Source of the DNA: a virus
DNA: 64,000 bases
Virus record (IMG/VR): IMGVR_UViG_3300047564_002270
Location: 32,001 to 96,000 of that record
Direction: 5' to 3' (one strand)
The position numbers were made by a program, and so were the translations under genes. Below, piece by piece: positions 14,566 to 24,476 of the stretch (its first letter is position 1; each line of letters begins with the position of its first letter). The notes under the pieces are model-generated. The model searched no databases. It saw nothing but the letters and a program-made list of their open reading frames with translations, and was not told where the DNA came from.

Positions 14566-15718
14566 GTGGCCACTCATGAAAAACACTCTGTCAATCATGG
14601 ACAGAGTTAAATTGGCTAAGTTCATTTTAACTTCAGATAAATTTACTCAAGGTAAAAAAGTAAATCAATTTGAAGATGAGTGGTCAAAATGGATTGGTTG
14701 CAAACATTCTTTATTTGTAACATCTGGAAGTACTGCTAATTTTCTTTTGGTTGCTGCAATAATTGAAAAATTTAATTTACAGAAAGGGGATAAAGTTTTA
14801 CTCCCTGCTTGCACTTGGGTAACCAATATAAACCCTATTTTTCAATTAGGTCTTACTCCAATTTTTTGTGATGTAAATCTAGATGATTATAGTTTTGACA
14901 TTGAAAATTTAAAGCATATTTCCCAGACTCACTCTGATATTAAACTTGTTTTTGTAACTCATCTTCTTGGTATTCCTGCAAAAATAGAAAAGTATAAAGA
15001 GATTTTTCCAAATGCAATCTTTATCGATGATGTATGCGAATCTCATGGTTGTGTTGATTCTTTTGGAAATAAAATTGGATCTAATAGTTTAGGTGCAACT
15101 TTTAGTTTCTATTTTGGTCATCATATGTCAACTATTGAAGGTGGGATGATTTCCACTAATGATAGTGAACTATATGATTTGATGAAACTGAAAAGGTCTC
15201 ATGGGTTGGCAAGAGTGTCTGATAACTTTGATGAATACTCAAAGAAAAATCCAGAGATTGAAAAGTCTTTTCTGTTTGTGACTGATGGATATAATTTCCG
15301 AAATACTGAACTTGGGGCAGTTCTTGGTTTATCTCAACTCAAAAGGTTGGATAAGTTTATTGGAATTAGAAGAAATAATTATAAACAATTTGCCAATATC
15401 ATAAACAAACATAGTGATAAATTTTATCCAGTGGATTATAATTGGGGAAATAGTTGCTTCTGTTTTCCTTTCATTTGCAGGACTGCGGACGTAAAGAATA
15501 AACTAATTCAATTATTTGATAGGTATAAAATAGAATATAGACCAGTTGTCGGTGGGAATCTTTTAAGGCAACCTTATTTAAAAGGTTATACTATTTCTGA
15601 CAAAGTTGATAATTTTAATGTTGACATCATACACGAAAATGGAGTATATATAGGTAACAGTCAATTTGTTACAGAAAAGCAATTAATTCAAATTGATGAA
15701 ATATTAAAATTATTTTGA
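14552..15718 (+). CDS. PLP-dependent DegT-family enzyme, ColD/E1-type 3-dehydratase
   Basis: SGSTAN, DDVCESHG; FSFYFGHHMSTIEGG has His where aminotransferases have the Schiff-base Lys. Confidence 0.85.
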   Translation: MSGYKWPLMKNTLSIMDRVKLAKFILTSDKFTQGKKVNQFEDEWSKWIGCKHSLFVTSGSTANFLLVAAIIEKFNLQKGDKVLLPACTWVTNINPIFQLGLTPIFCDVNLDDYSFDIENLKHISQTHSDIKLVFVTHLLGIPAKIEKYKEIFPNAIFIDDVCESHGCVDSFGNKIGSNSLGATFSFYFGHHMSTIEGGMISTNDSELYDLMKLKRSHGLARVSDNFDEYSKKNPEIEKSFLFVTDGYNFRNTELGAVLGLSQLKRLDKFIGIRRNNYKQFANIINKHSDKFYPVDYNWGNSCFCFPFICRTADVKNKLIQLFDRYKIEYRPVVGGNLLRQPYLKGYTISDKVDNFNVDIIHENGVYIGNSQFVTEKQLIQIDEILKLF

Positions 15719-15726
15719 GGAAATTT

Positions 15727-16071
15727 ATGAGTAAATTTGGAGATCTTATCGATCAGTGCATTTCACAAACAGTAAATGAAGTTTTGTCTCAGAGAGAACT
15801 TCCAGATATTGAATATATTGCAACTGATAATCTTGGAGAAGTTGTAGAGAAACTTTCTATCCTTCATATTAGAACTTGGATGCTTGAAGATGCAATTCAA
15901 GAAGCAAAAACTGATGAAGAAATTGCTGAGTTAAAAAGAAAAATTGATATTTGCTTTAAAGTAAAAAGACCAAGACTTGTTCAGGCAATTAATTGCTTAG
16001 TTGAAGATGCAATTCATAATAATAAAAGCCTCAGAGAGGACTCTGTGAAATTGTATAAGGGTGTTGAGTAA
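15727..16071 (+). CDS. helical hypothetical protein (DUF4254-like)
   Basis: LGEVVEKLSILHIRTWMLED. Confidence 0.65.
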   Translation: MSKFGDLIDQCISQTVNEVLSQRELPDIEYIATDNLGEVVEKLSILHIRTWMLEDAIQEAKTDEEIAELKRKIDICFKVKRPRLVQAINCLVEDAIHNNKSLREDSVKLYKGVE

Positions 16072-17003
16072 TGAAAAATATTTGTTTTTTCTGCCATTTT
16101 CATAATGGGGATATTTTTCATGTGAAATCTTTTATTAAAGATATAACCTCAAAAATAGACACTGAATATTACATAGCTCATCCAAACAGTGAAATTATTA
16201 CCTGTGATATGGATCTTCAGTATATTAATATTCCTTTAAGTTGGTCTAAGTTTACGGAACAATATCAAGAGAATAGAAAATTATATGAAGATCATGTAAA
16301 TTTATTGCTTGGGAAAGAGCATACCAAGTTTATTGAGACTGATGATTGTTTCTACATCAATACTTGGATTGGTGGTTATTTTGGTAATGAAAATGAATAT
16401 AATGGAGAATGTTCTTTGAGAGGATTTTACAGAATGTTCTCTAAAATTTATGAAAAATTGAATGAGGTATTTAATACTAATTTAGAATTAGGGCAGTTAA
16501 ACGATTATCTTCCATTTGTTGATTATTCAAAAATAGATTGTAGTGAAGTTGATAAATTTTTAGAAAACAATAATAATCAAAAAATTCTTATTTGTAATGG
16601 TCCTGCTTGTTCTGGGCAAACAACTTATAATGGAAATATGTCTGAGATTATAGTTCCATTAGCTGAGCAGAATGAAGATAAAACTTTTATTTGTACTCAG
16701 AAATTTGATACTGAATTAAATAATATAAAATTCAGCAATGATATTATTAACTCAAATTCTTGCGATTTGAATGAAATATCTTATCTGTCAAAATTTTGCT
16801 ATTTAATTGTAGGAAGAAATTCTGGACCTTTCTGTTTTTCTACAACTTATGAAAATTTAAATAATAAAGATAAAACATTTTTGGCTTTTGGAACTAGAGC
16901 AACAGATTGTTTAGCTTACGAAATGGATATAAATTCATCTTTTGTTTTTGAATATTTTAACAGCGTGGATGATTTGTATAAATCAATATCTGAATTAGTT
17001 TGA
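16071..17003 (+). CDS. putative GT-B glycosyltransferase
   Basis: HNGD N-terminal motif, IVGRNSGP; located in sugar operon. Confidence 0.55.
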   Translation: MKNICFFCHFHNGDIFHVKSFIKDITSKIDTEYYIAHPNSEIITCDMDLQYINIPLSWSKFTEQYQENRKLYEDHVNLLLGKEHTKFIETDDCFYINTWIGGYFGNENEYNGECSLRGFYRMFSKIYEKLNEVFNTNLELGQLNDYLPFVDYSKIDCSEVDKFLENNNNQKILICNGPACSGQTTYNGNMSEIIVPLAEQNEDKTFICTQKFDTELNNIKFSNDIINSNSCDLNEISYLSKFCYLIVGRNSGPFCFSTTYENLNNKDKTFLAFGTRATDCLAYEMDINSSFVFEYFNSVDDLYKSISELV

Positions 17004-17014
17004 CATTATCTTAT

Positions 17015-18565
17015 ATGGAAAAATTTGCATTACTTGAAGTTGGGACTCCGCGTGGATTTCTTTCTAATTATACTACGGTATTAACTTCTTTTAGAAATTT
17101 AGTTAAGAATAAAAATATTGACCCAGAAAATATTTTTATTTCATCGAAAATGTTTTCTCTTTATGGTAATCCTGAGAATTGGTTTGATTCATCTAGGATA
17201 GTTGAAGATAATCCTGAAGAATTTATTTTATGGGATAGTGTAGATAACTTTGATCTATCTCTTTGGCCAACTACTACAGAGCTTGAACTTCAGGAATATA
17301 TTAAATATATTCCCTTTAACGATAGAATTCAACAGTTATTGACATTCGATAAAGTTGATTATTCAAATTGTCTTGGGATTCATTATAGGGGGACTGATAA
17401 TAGAAATGATTGTGGGCATACTGATTTTGTCTCTTTGGAAAAAACATTAAACTCTGCTTTAATTGAATTTAATGAAAACACATATGATTCTATTTTTATT
17501 GCTTCGGATGAACTTGGAGTTGTGGAGGAAGCTAAAGATTTCTTTTTAAAGGAATGTAATTTTAAAAACATACTTCACTTTAACCATATTAGAACAACAG
17601 GATATCAGGGGTTGCATTTTTCTGATTTTTCAGCAGACGAAAAAATAACTCTTGGTGATCAAGTTTTAGTAGACTCTACTACACTTTCAAAGTGTAAGAC
17701 TATAATTGGAAAAACTTCAAATATTGTAAATTATGCTAGGATTCTAAATCCAAATATTGAAATTTTATATCAAGATTTAGATAGCAATCGCTTACTCGGT
17801 AATTTGAATCAAACATTTAATCAAATTAGGATATCTGATATACAACCTTTTATTTTTAATTGGAAAAATCAATTTGAAAAAACTATTAAGACTGAAAAAT
17901 CTTTAAAAGAAATTTTTGGAGATGTGACTGTTATTAATAGTGATGAGGATAATACTAGAGAAGGTTGGATTGATTTAGGAGATAGTGCTTATTTTACCGA
18001 GCAGTTTACTAAAGCTTTGGAATTATTTAAAGACAATAAAAAAGTTTTAATGCATGTTCAAGGAGATACTGAGTATGATAATTATCTCGAATTGGTAAAT
18101 GATGCAAGAAAATATTATTCCATATATGAATGGGGTGTGTATGCTCCTGATATTACTAATGTTTGGTATACTTCAGAAAATGTGGATATTAATGGAATAG
18201 AATCCGAACATGAAAATATTAAAATGGTGGCGTGTACAGATGAAACTGTTTGGTTCATTCATAGGGATATTATAGAAGAATACTATGAAAGAAAACTTTT
18301 CGAAATCATGAATTCGGAAAAAATGAAAATGGGATGGGGTTGGGATTTGGTTATGAATTCTTTATCCTTTTTAAAGGGTAGACCTGTGATCCGGGATTAT
18401 AATCATCAAGTTCAACATAAGGAAGGAACAGATTATGATAAAGCATTTGCATCTCAAGAAATGACCAATCTTTGGTATAATCTTACCGATGACCTAAAAG
18501 AATGTATATCTTACATTAAGGGTGATCGAGAAAATTTAACAAAATATTTCAATAGCGATGGATAA
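17015..18565 (+). CDS. fucosyltransferase-like (NodZ/O-FucT type) domain fused to a second GT-like domain
   Basis: LGIHYRGTD, IFIASD, D...LSKC..IIGK.SN motifs. Confidence 0.75.
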   Translation: MEKFALLEVGTPRGFLSNYTTVLTSFRNLVKNKNIDPENIFISSKMFSLYGNPENWFDSSRIVEDNPEEFILWDSVDNFDLSLWPTTTELELQEYIKYIPFNDRIQQLLTFDKVDYSNCLGIHYRGTDNRNDCGHTDFVSLEKTLNSALIEFNENTYDSIFIASDELGVVEEAKDFFLKECNFKNILHFNHIRTTGYQGLHFSDFSADEKITLGDQVLVDSTTLSKCKTIIGKTSNIVNYARILNPNIEILYQDLDSNRLLGNLNQTFNQIRISDIQPFIFNWKNQFEKTIKTEKSLKEIFGDVTVINSDEDNTREGWIDLGDSAYFTEQFTKALELFKDNKKVLMHVQGDTEYDNYLELVNDARKYYSIYEWGVYAPDITNVWYTSENVDINGIESEHENIKMVACTDETVWFIHRDIIEEYYERKLFEIMNSEKMKMGWGWDLVMNSLSFLKGRPVIRDYNHQVQHKEGTDYDKAFASQEMTNLWYNLTDDLKECISYIKGDRENLTKYFNSDG

Positions 18566-19349
18566 AAATAAAGCAGTATTCAAATTAAATAATCTACCTT
18601 CGATATATTGGTTGAACTTAGATTCAGATACTCATCGTTGTCAATATATGGAAGGGCAATTTGATTATTGGGAAATCAAAAAGCATCATCGTATTTCTGG
18701 ATATGATGGAAGAGGTGATGATGTTTCTTCTTATTTGAAGGGGAGAATGCCTGATAATATGACTCAAAATGAGGTTGGATGTGTCTTGTCTCATTTAAAA
18801 GCAATTAAGCATTTTTATGAAGAAACTGACGATCCATATGTTCTTATTCTAGAAGATGATGTAAGTTTTGAACCTGTAAAATATTGGAGTTTTTCTTGGA
18901 CTGATTTTGTTGCAAATCTTCCTTATGATTGGGATTGTGTTCAATTAACAACTATATGTACTGGCGATATACATGTAAATCTTCATATCAGATTTATTAA
19001 TGATTTTTCTGCAGCCGCATATCTTATAACTAGGCATCACGCTGAAAAAATCGTTAAAAATCATATTAGGGGTGACAAATATAAACTTGATAACGGGGTA
19101 AAGCCTAGAGCAGTTTCTGAAGACCTTATTTTTGAATCTGGAAAAACCTATAGTGTTCCGATATTTTTGTATCGTTTGGATATGGGATCTGCCATTCACC
19201 CTGAGCATATTGAGATATTCCATAAAAATAGTCACGACGGTTTAATGAATTTTTGGAAAACTAGTGGATGTGATTTTAAAATATCTCAAATGATGACATA
19301 TGATCCTTATTTAAAGAGAATTACTCATCCTTCTGAAAAAACTTCTTGA
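18558..19349 (+). CDS. glycosyltransferase family 25
   Basis: IYWLNLD....R, EVGCVLSH, LILEDD, AAAYLIT. Confidence 0.88.
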   Translation: MDKNKAVFKLNNLPSIYWLNLDSDTHRCQYMEGQFDYWEIKKHHRISGYDGRGDDVSSYLKGRMPDNMTQNEVGCVLSHLKAIKHFYEETDDPYVLILEDDVSFEPVKYWSFSWTDFVANLPYDWDCVQLTTICTGDIHVNLHIRFINDFSAAAYLITRHHAEKIVKNHIRGDKYKLDNGVKPRAVSEDLIFESGKTYSVPIFLYRLDMGSAIHPEHIEIFHKNSHDGLMNFWKTSGCDFKISQMMTYDPYLKRITHPSEKTS

Positions 19350-19374
19350 CAAATCAATTATTCCACCTTATACT
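19346..19374 (+). promoter_or_regulatory. sigma70-type promoter for the porin
   Basis: TTGACA-17 nt-TATACT. Confidence 0.7.
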
Positions 19375-19491
19375 AAATAAGTGAGCGTGACGAAACCTCA
19401 ACTACTCGTTTGGTTACGTGAACTAAATCGGAAGATAGTCGGTCTTCCATTCATCCGCAGGTTAACTCTGCGAGAAAATATAGAGATACTT

Positions 19492-20952
19492 ATGTTTAAA
19501 TCCGCAATCGCAGCAACTCTAGCTGCAACCCCACTAGTCGCTGGTGCTGCGTTCGCAGAACCATTTGGTCAATATGGACCATATGTGGAATCACAAGTTA
19601 CTAGTATTAGTCAATTCTCTGATGTGCAACCAACTGATTGGGCATATCAGGCACTCAGCAACCTCGTAGAGCGTTATGGCTGCGTTGCTGGTTATCCTAA
19701 TGGCACCTATGGCGGTGGCAAGGCAATGACCCGCTATGAGGCAGCAGCACTTCTCAATTCTTGCTTGGATCGTGTGACGGAAGTTACTGATGAACTCAAG
19801 CGTCTTATGAGTGAGTTCTCTAATGAACTTGCTGTCATCAAAGGTCGTGTAGACGGTCTTGAAGCAAAGGTTGGTGAACTTGAGGCGACTCAATTCTCTA
19901 CTACTACCAAACTGAAAGGTGAAGCAACATTCGTTCTTGGTGGCGTTCCTGGTTATGATACCAAGAGTGATGTCAGCACTCGCACAGCATTTAACTATGA
20001 TGTTCGTCTGAACTTTGATACTTCATTCACTGGTAAGGATCTGCTTCGCACTCGTCTGCGTTCTTCTAACTTCAGCACTGATCCGTTTGGTTCTTCTTCA
20101 TCGCTGTTTAAACTTGACAAGGCAGACAACTTCTCAAGTGATAATGGAGATAATGTAGTCCTTGATCGTCTGTATTATTCATTCCCTGCGTTCAACAACA
20201 CCACTACTCTGACTGCTGGTGCTAAGGTTCGTAATACCGAAATGGCGTGGGTTCCTTCGGCATATAAGTCTGAAATTCTTGACTTCTTTGCCGTTGCTGG
20301 TGCTCCTGGTGTCTATAACAAGGCAACTGGTGCTGGTTTTGGTGCTCTGTATTCTGGTAAGAGTGGATTTGTTGCTGGTGTAAACTATGTTGCCCAAGAT
20401 GGAGACAACTCTGAAACTGGAGTATTTGATGAAACTGGTGCTCTGAATACTATGGTTCAACTTGGATATCGTGGTAAAAACTATGGTATCGGACTTGGTT
20501 ATCGTTATGGTACTCAGGGAACTCGTGTTCGTACTTATAACGGTCTAGATGGTGCCTCTGGTACTCTTGTTCCTGGACAAACTTCTAGTGGTTACTCTGC
20601 AAACGCTTACTGGCAACCTGAGAAGTCGGGTATTGTTCCTTCAATCACCGTTGGTTATGGTTGGAACACTGTAAGTGGCACTGAGAGTGCTGCTACTGAT
20701 AGTCAATCCTGGATGGCAGGTCTCCAGTGGTCTGATGTATTTGCCAAGGGTAACTCTGCAGGTATCGCTGTAGGTCAAGCACCCACTGGTGAAGAACTTG
20801 AGAAGGCAACAATGCTTGAAATTTTCTACAAGTATCAGGTGTCTGACAACATCAGCATCACTCCTGCGATCTTCTACGCTAGTGACAACCAGCGTCTGAA
20901 TGATAATGCCTCCAAGTGGGGTGGTGTAATCCAGACCAAGTTTACCTTCTGA
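19492..20952 (+). CDS. cyanobacterial SLH-domain outer-membrane porin (Som/OprB-type)
   Basis: Signal peptide; FSDVQPTDWAYQAL..LVERYGC SLH domain; coiled coil; FSTTTKLKGE; C-terminal Phe. Confidence 0.95.
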   Translation: MFKSAIAATLAATPLVAGAAFAEPFGQYGPYVESQVTSISQFSDVQPTDWAYQALSNLVERYGCVAGYPNGTYGGGKAMTRYEAAALLNSCLDRVTEVTDELKRLMSEFSNELAVIKGRVDGLEAKVGELEATQFSTTTKLKGEATFVLGGVPGYDTKSDVSTRTAFNYDVRLNFDTSFTGKDLLRTRLRSSNFSTDPFGSSSSLFKLDKADNFSSDNGDNVVLDRLYYSFPAFNNTTTLTAGAKVRNTEMAWVPSAYKSEILDFFAVAGAPGVYNKATGAGFGALYSGKSGFVAGVNYVAQDGDNSETGVFDETGALNTMVQLGYRGKNYGIGLGYRYGTQGTRVRTYNGLDGASGTLVPGQTSSGYSANAYWQPEKSGIVPSITVGYGWNTVSGTESAATDSQSWMAGLQWSDVFAKGNSAGIAVGQAPTGEELEKATMLEIFYKYQVSDNISITPAIFYASDNQRLNDNASKWGGVIQTKFTF

Positions 20953-20974
20953 TAAACTACTCATAGGTTGAGTG

Positions 20975-21003
20975 AAACCACCCCTTTCTGGGGTGGTTTT
21001 TTT
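20975..21003 (+). terminator. intrinsic terminator
   Basis: AAACCACCCC-TTTCT-GGGGTGGTTTTTT. Confidence 0.75.
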
Positions 21004-21005
21004 AT

Positions 21006-21061
21006 GTTATAAACTTCTTAACCAAATCTTAGTGGACTTCTCCTTTCGGATCTTCTATAAT
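21006..21061 (+). promoter_or_regulatory. cyanobacterial Pho box (SphR/PhoB) and -10 of pstS
   Basis: Three direct repeats at 11-bp period (GTTATAAA, CTTAACCA, CTTAGTGG) then TATAAT at 21056-21061. Confidence 0.65.
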
Positions 21062-21096
21062 TTCGGAGAAGTCTATTTTACTTCTAACAAATTTTT

Positions 21097-22059
21097 ATGA
21101 AACTTAAACACATTTTTGCAATTGGTCTTCTTGCTGCACCTACTGCTGCACTTGCAGGAACGACTTTGAACGGTGCTGGTGCCACCTTCCCCGCACCAAT
21201 TTATCAACGCTGGTTCCAAGATTATGCACGAACTTCTGGGAGTAGGGTTAATTATCAGTCCGTTGGTTCTGGTGCTGGTGTTCGTCAATTCCTTGCGGGC
21301 ACAGTTGACTTCGGGGCAAGTGATGAACCAATCAAAGCATCAGAAGCCGCTAAAGTAAAGCGTGGTGTTGTTCAGATCCCTATGGTGGGTGGAACGATTG
21401 CGATTGCCTATAACAAACCAGGATGCACTTTGAAACTCACTCAGAAGCAAACTGTAGACATCTTTGCTGGACGTATTAAGGATTGGAAGGCACTTGGTTG
21501 TGCTGCTGGTCCTATTCGCACCGTATATCGTGCAGATGGTTCTGGAACTACCTTTGCCTTTACCAACTCCCTGGATGCCTTTGGTGGTTGGACTGCTGGT
21601 GTAGGTAAGGCAGTTAAGTGGCCTACTGGTATTGGTGCAAAAGGTAATGAAGGTGTTTCTGGCACTGTTAAGACTACTCCTGGATCTATTGGTTATGTGA
21701 ACACTGGATTTGTAAAGGTAAATAAACTCCAAGCAGCAGCACTTCAAAACAAGGCAGGTAAGTTTGTTCTTCCTACTGCAGCTTCTGGTTCTACCGCACT
21801 GAATGGTATCAAACTGGATGCAAACCTTGCTGGTGAAAATCCCAATCCTGCTGGTGCAAATGCTTATCCAATTTCTACTTTGACTTGGGTTCTTGCTTAT
21901 AAGACTGGCAATGGTGCCAAGACAAATGATATCCGTGCTGCTCTTAATTATGCTCTGAGTTCTAAGGCACAATCGATTGCTGATGATCTTGGATATGTTC
22001 CTTTGAGTGGTTCTGTGCTTAACAAAGCAAGGATTGCTGTTGGGCGTATTGGTCAGTAA
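21097..22059 (+). CDS. pstS: phosphate-binding periplasmic protein
   Basis: GAGATFPAP.YQRW, YQSVGSGAG, DFGASD, RADGSGTT. Confidence 0.97.
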   Translation: MKLKHIFAIGLLAAPTAALAGTTLNGAGATFPAPIYQRWFQDYARTSGSRVNYQSVGSGAGVRQFLAGTVDFGASDEPIKASEAAKVKRGVVQIPMVGGTIAIAYNKPGCTLKLTQKQTVDIFAGRIKDWKALGCAAGPIRTVYRADGSGTTFAFTNSLDAFGGWTAGVGKAVKWPTGIGAKGNEGVSGTVKTTPGSIGYVNTGFVKVNKLQAAALQNKAGKFVLPTAASGSTALNGIKLDANLAGENPNPAGANAYPISTLTWVLAYKTGNGAKTNDIRAALNYALSSKAQSIADDLGYVPLSGSVLNKARIAVGRIGQ

Positions 22060-22085
22060 ATTCAAACAAAACTTTGAGTGGGGGC

Positions 22086-22132
22086 TTGACGCCCCTTTAT
22101 TTTTCCTATATAATTGTGTAACAATTCGTAAT
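22086..22132 (+). promoter_or_regulatory. sigma70 promoter with overlapping HLR1-like site
   Basis: TTGACG-17 nt-TATAAT; the reverse strand reads ATTACGAA-TT-GTTACACA. Confidence 0.6.
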
Positions 22133-22141
22133 AAAACGAAA

Positions 22142-22351
22142 ATGACTGTAACAAAAAATGAGTTTGGGCAAATGAATATGTTTGCCAAAGAACCTTCGAT
22201 GTATATGTCAAAGGAAGATCTTGAGCGTTATGGTATTGAACCCTATGCTGAGAAAGCGGAGAAAATGAATGGACGTTGGGCTATGGTCGGTTTTGTTGCT
22301 GGGATCATTTCTTATTCTATCACTGGCAACTTCTTCTTCGGAATCTTCTGA
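22142..22351 (+). CDS. hli: high-light inducible protein
   Basis: AEKMNGRWAMVGF motif. Confidence 0.93.
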   Translation: MTVTKNEFGQMNMFAKEPSMYMSKEDLERYGIEPYAEKAEKMNGRWAMVGFVAGIISYSITGNFFFGIF

Positions 22352-22360
22352 GGGTTGACA

Positions 22361-22447
22361 ATGACCTCAATCATCTTTACAATTACTAGTGTTGCCTTTT
22401 TTGTTTTACTGGCACACTCCGTAAATCAACTTTCTGAAACTTACTGA
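22361..22447 (+). CDS. 28-aa TM peptide
   Basis: [28 protein letters not shown]; TGATG coupling to petF. Confidence 0.5.
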   Translation: MTSIIFTITSVAFFVLLAHSVNQLSETY

Positions 22448-22740
22448 TGACTACTTATAACATTACTCTTCAACATCCTGATGGCACTGAAAATGTAATT
22501 CAGTGCGAAGATGACCAATACATTCTGGAAGCTGCTGAAGAAGCAGGTCTTGAACTGCTTTACTCTTGCCGTGCTGGTGCTTGTTCTTCTTGTGCTGGTA
22601 AATTGGTAAGTGGCACTGTTGATAATAGTGAGCAATCTTTTCTGGATGATGATCAAATCGATGATGGATTTATTCTTACTTGTGTGGCATATCCTACCAG
22701 CGATTGTGTGATCCTTACTGAACAGGAAGAAAACCTGTGA
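22447..22740 (+). CDS. petF: plant-type [2Fe-2S] ferredoxin
   Basis: [10 protein letters not shown]...LTCVAYP. Confidence 0.96.
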   Translation: MTTYNITLQHPDGTENVIQCEDDQYILEAAEEAGLELLYSCRAGACSSCAGKLVSGTVDNSEQSFLDDDQIDDGFILTCVAYPTSDCVILTEQEENL

Positions 22741-23009
22741 GTGCTGGAATGTTAGGGCAATTTGCTATTGCTCTTGAAAAACTTGGATGGGACGCTAACG
22801 ATGAACTCTCTGTAGAGATCGGTGGTGTAGCGGTAACAGGAACTGCAACTCATCCAGATGCTAATGAGAAATGGGCAAAACCATTTGGGACCGTAACTTA
22901 TCACAATGATGCTTTCATTGTGATTAAAAACAAAACCAGAAGTCCTATGGTATTTTCCCAACCCAATCCTGAACTTAAACAACAACACCCCTATACTGGA
23001 GGAAACTAA
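22737..23009 (+). CDS. hypothetical protein
   Basis: ORF track, GTGA overlap. Confidence 0.7.
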   Translation: MSAGMLGQFAIALEKLGWDANDELSVEIGGVAVTGTATHPDANEKWAKPFGTVTYHNDAFIVIKNKTRSPMVFSQPNPELKQQHPYTGGN

Positions 23010-23010
23010 A

Positions 23011-23130
23011 ATGAAAAATCTTTTTACTGAGAAAGCAGAACGTATTAATGGTTTGGCTGCTATGATTGGAATTATTGCTGCAATGGGTTCCTATGCCGTA
23101 ACTGGTCAAATTATCCCTGGAGTATTCTGA
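23011..23130 (+). CDS. hli: high-light inducible protein (39 aa, not in ORF track)
   Basis: AERINGLAAMIG...TGQIIPGVF; GGAGG RBS. Confidence 0.92.
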   Translation: MKNLFTEKAERINGLAAMIGIIAAMGSYAVTGQIIPGVF

Positions 23131-23195
23131 TTATGATTCGTGACATTTATAATAAAATCATTAACAATAATAAAGGACAAGGTGTGGAGGTTCCT

Positions 23196-23723
23196 ATGCG
23201 TAAAGAAAAATACGTTATCCCCCAAGTTGAATTTGTATTTCGTGAGAATGGTGAGTTTGTAACTCGTAAATCCGCAGAACTGTTCGATGGAAAGCGTGTG
23301 GTCGTGTTTAGTTTGCCTGGTGCTTTCACTCCTACTTGCAGTGCCTATCAGCTACCTGGATTCGAAGAGAGATACGACGACTTTATTGGTCTTGGCATCG
23401 ACGATATTTACTGCATCTCTGTTAATGATGGGTTTGTGATGAATGCTTGGGCACAAGACCAGAACATTGAAAAAGTAAAACTCATTCCAGACGGCAATGC
23501 TTACTTCACACGTTCTATGGGAATGCTTGTCAATAAGTCTAACCTTGGTTTCGGAGATCGCTCTTGGCGTTATGCTATGGTTGTGGATAACGGAGTCATC
23601 AGTAAACTTTTCCTTGAGGAGGGTATGCGTGACAACTCCGATACGGATCCATATGTGGAGAGCACTCCAGAAAACGTTTTTGAATATATTAAATCCACAA
23701 TCTTAGAAAAAGAATTGGTGTGA
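23196..23723 (+). CDS. type II peroxiredoxin (Prx5-like)
   Basis: SLPGAFTPTCS, SVNDGFVMNAW, RSWRY; GGAGG RBS before 23196. Confidence 0.93.
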   Translation: MRKEKYVIPQVEFVFRENGEFVTRKSAELFDGKRVVVFSLPGAFTPTCSAYQLPGFEERYDDFIGLGIDDIYCISVNDGFVMNAWAQDQNIEKVKLIPDGNAYFTRSMGMLVNKSNLGFGDRSWRYAMVVDNGVISKLFLEEGMRDNSDTDPYVESTPENVFEYIKSTILEKELV

Positions 23724-23783
23724 TGTTGAGGAGGGTTTAAACCCTCCTTTTTTAATAAATAGATTTGCTGAATAGGTAATCGT

Positions 23784-24476
23784 ATGAAAGTAGATCTTCA
23801 CAACTTCTTTTTAAATTATGATCCTAAAAATCCAAAGCATGTTGCTGCAGTAGAACAACTAGAAGTGGATTTGTCCAGTAAAGAACCTGATTTACTTGAA
23901 GATACTTCAAACTGGGTTAGAATTTTTAGAACTAAAGTTGATCCAGTTATTCCTGGAATTTTAAATGTTCCCTATTTTCCACAAACTGATAATTACAGAG
24001 ATGCTGATCGCACTTGTAATTCTTCCTCTTGTGCAATGTGTTTAGAATATTTTAAACCAGGCACTCTCAAAGGAGCAAAGGGAGATGATGCTTACATTCA
24101 GAAAGTATTTGCCATTGGTGATACAACTAATCACGATGTTCAAACCCGTGTTCTTAAGGATTACGGAGTTAATTCTGATTTTAGGTATAATCTTGGGTTT
24201 TCTGACCTTGATCGTGAGTTGTCTGCTGGGAGACCCGTTGCTATTGGCATACTCCACAGGGGCACTCTTTCTTCTCCTACTGGCGGTCACATATGTGTAG
24301 TGATTGGAAAGAAGGGTGAAGACTACGTTGTAAATGATCCTTATGGTTCTCTGAATGATGGTTATACAGGACCTGTTACAAATGGTAAAGGTGCTGTTTA
24401 CAAGAAGTCTGACCTTATGTATCGTTGGTTGACTAAAGGTAAAGATAAGACTGGTTGGGGTAGAATTTTCAAATGA
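23784..24476 (+). CDS. C39-like cysteine peptidase (putative peptidoglycan hydrolase)
   Basis: VPYFPQ..., CNSSSCAM, GGHICVVIG, VNDPYG. Confidence 0.8.
   Translation: MKVDLHNFFLNYDPKNPKHVAAVEQLEVDLSSKEPDLLEDTSNWVRIFRTKVDPVIPGILNVPYFPQTDNYRDADRTCNSSSCAMCLEYFKPGTLKGAKGDDAYIQKVFAIGDTTNHDVQTRVLKDYGVNSDFRYNLGFSDLDRELSAGRPVAIGILHRGTLSSPTGGHICVVIGKKGEDYVVNDPYGSLNDGYTGPVTNGKGAVYKKSDLMYRWLTKGKDKTGWGRIFK

Noticed and set aside
21340-22188. 282-aa antisense ORF over pstS (and similar ones over porin, psbA, gp32, coiled-coil gene)
   Set aside because: Expected shadow of strongly biased codon usage on the sense strand; no independent signals
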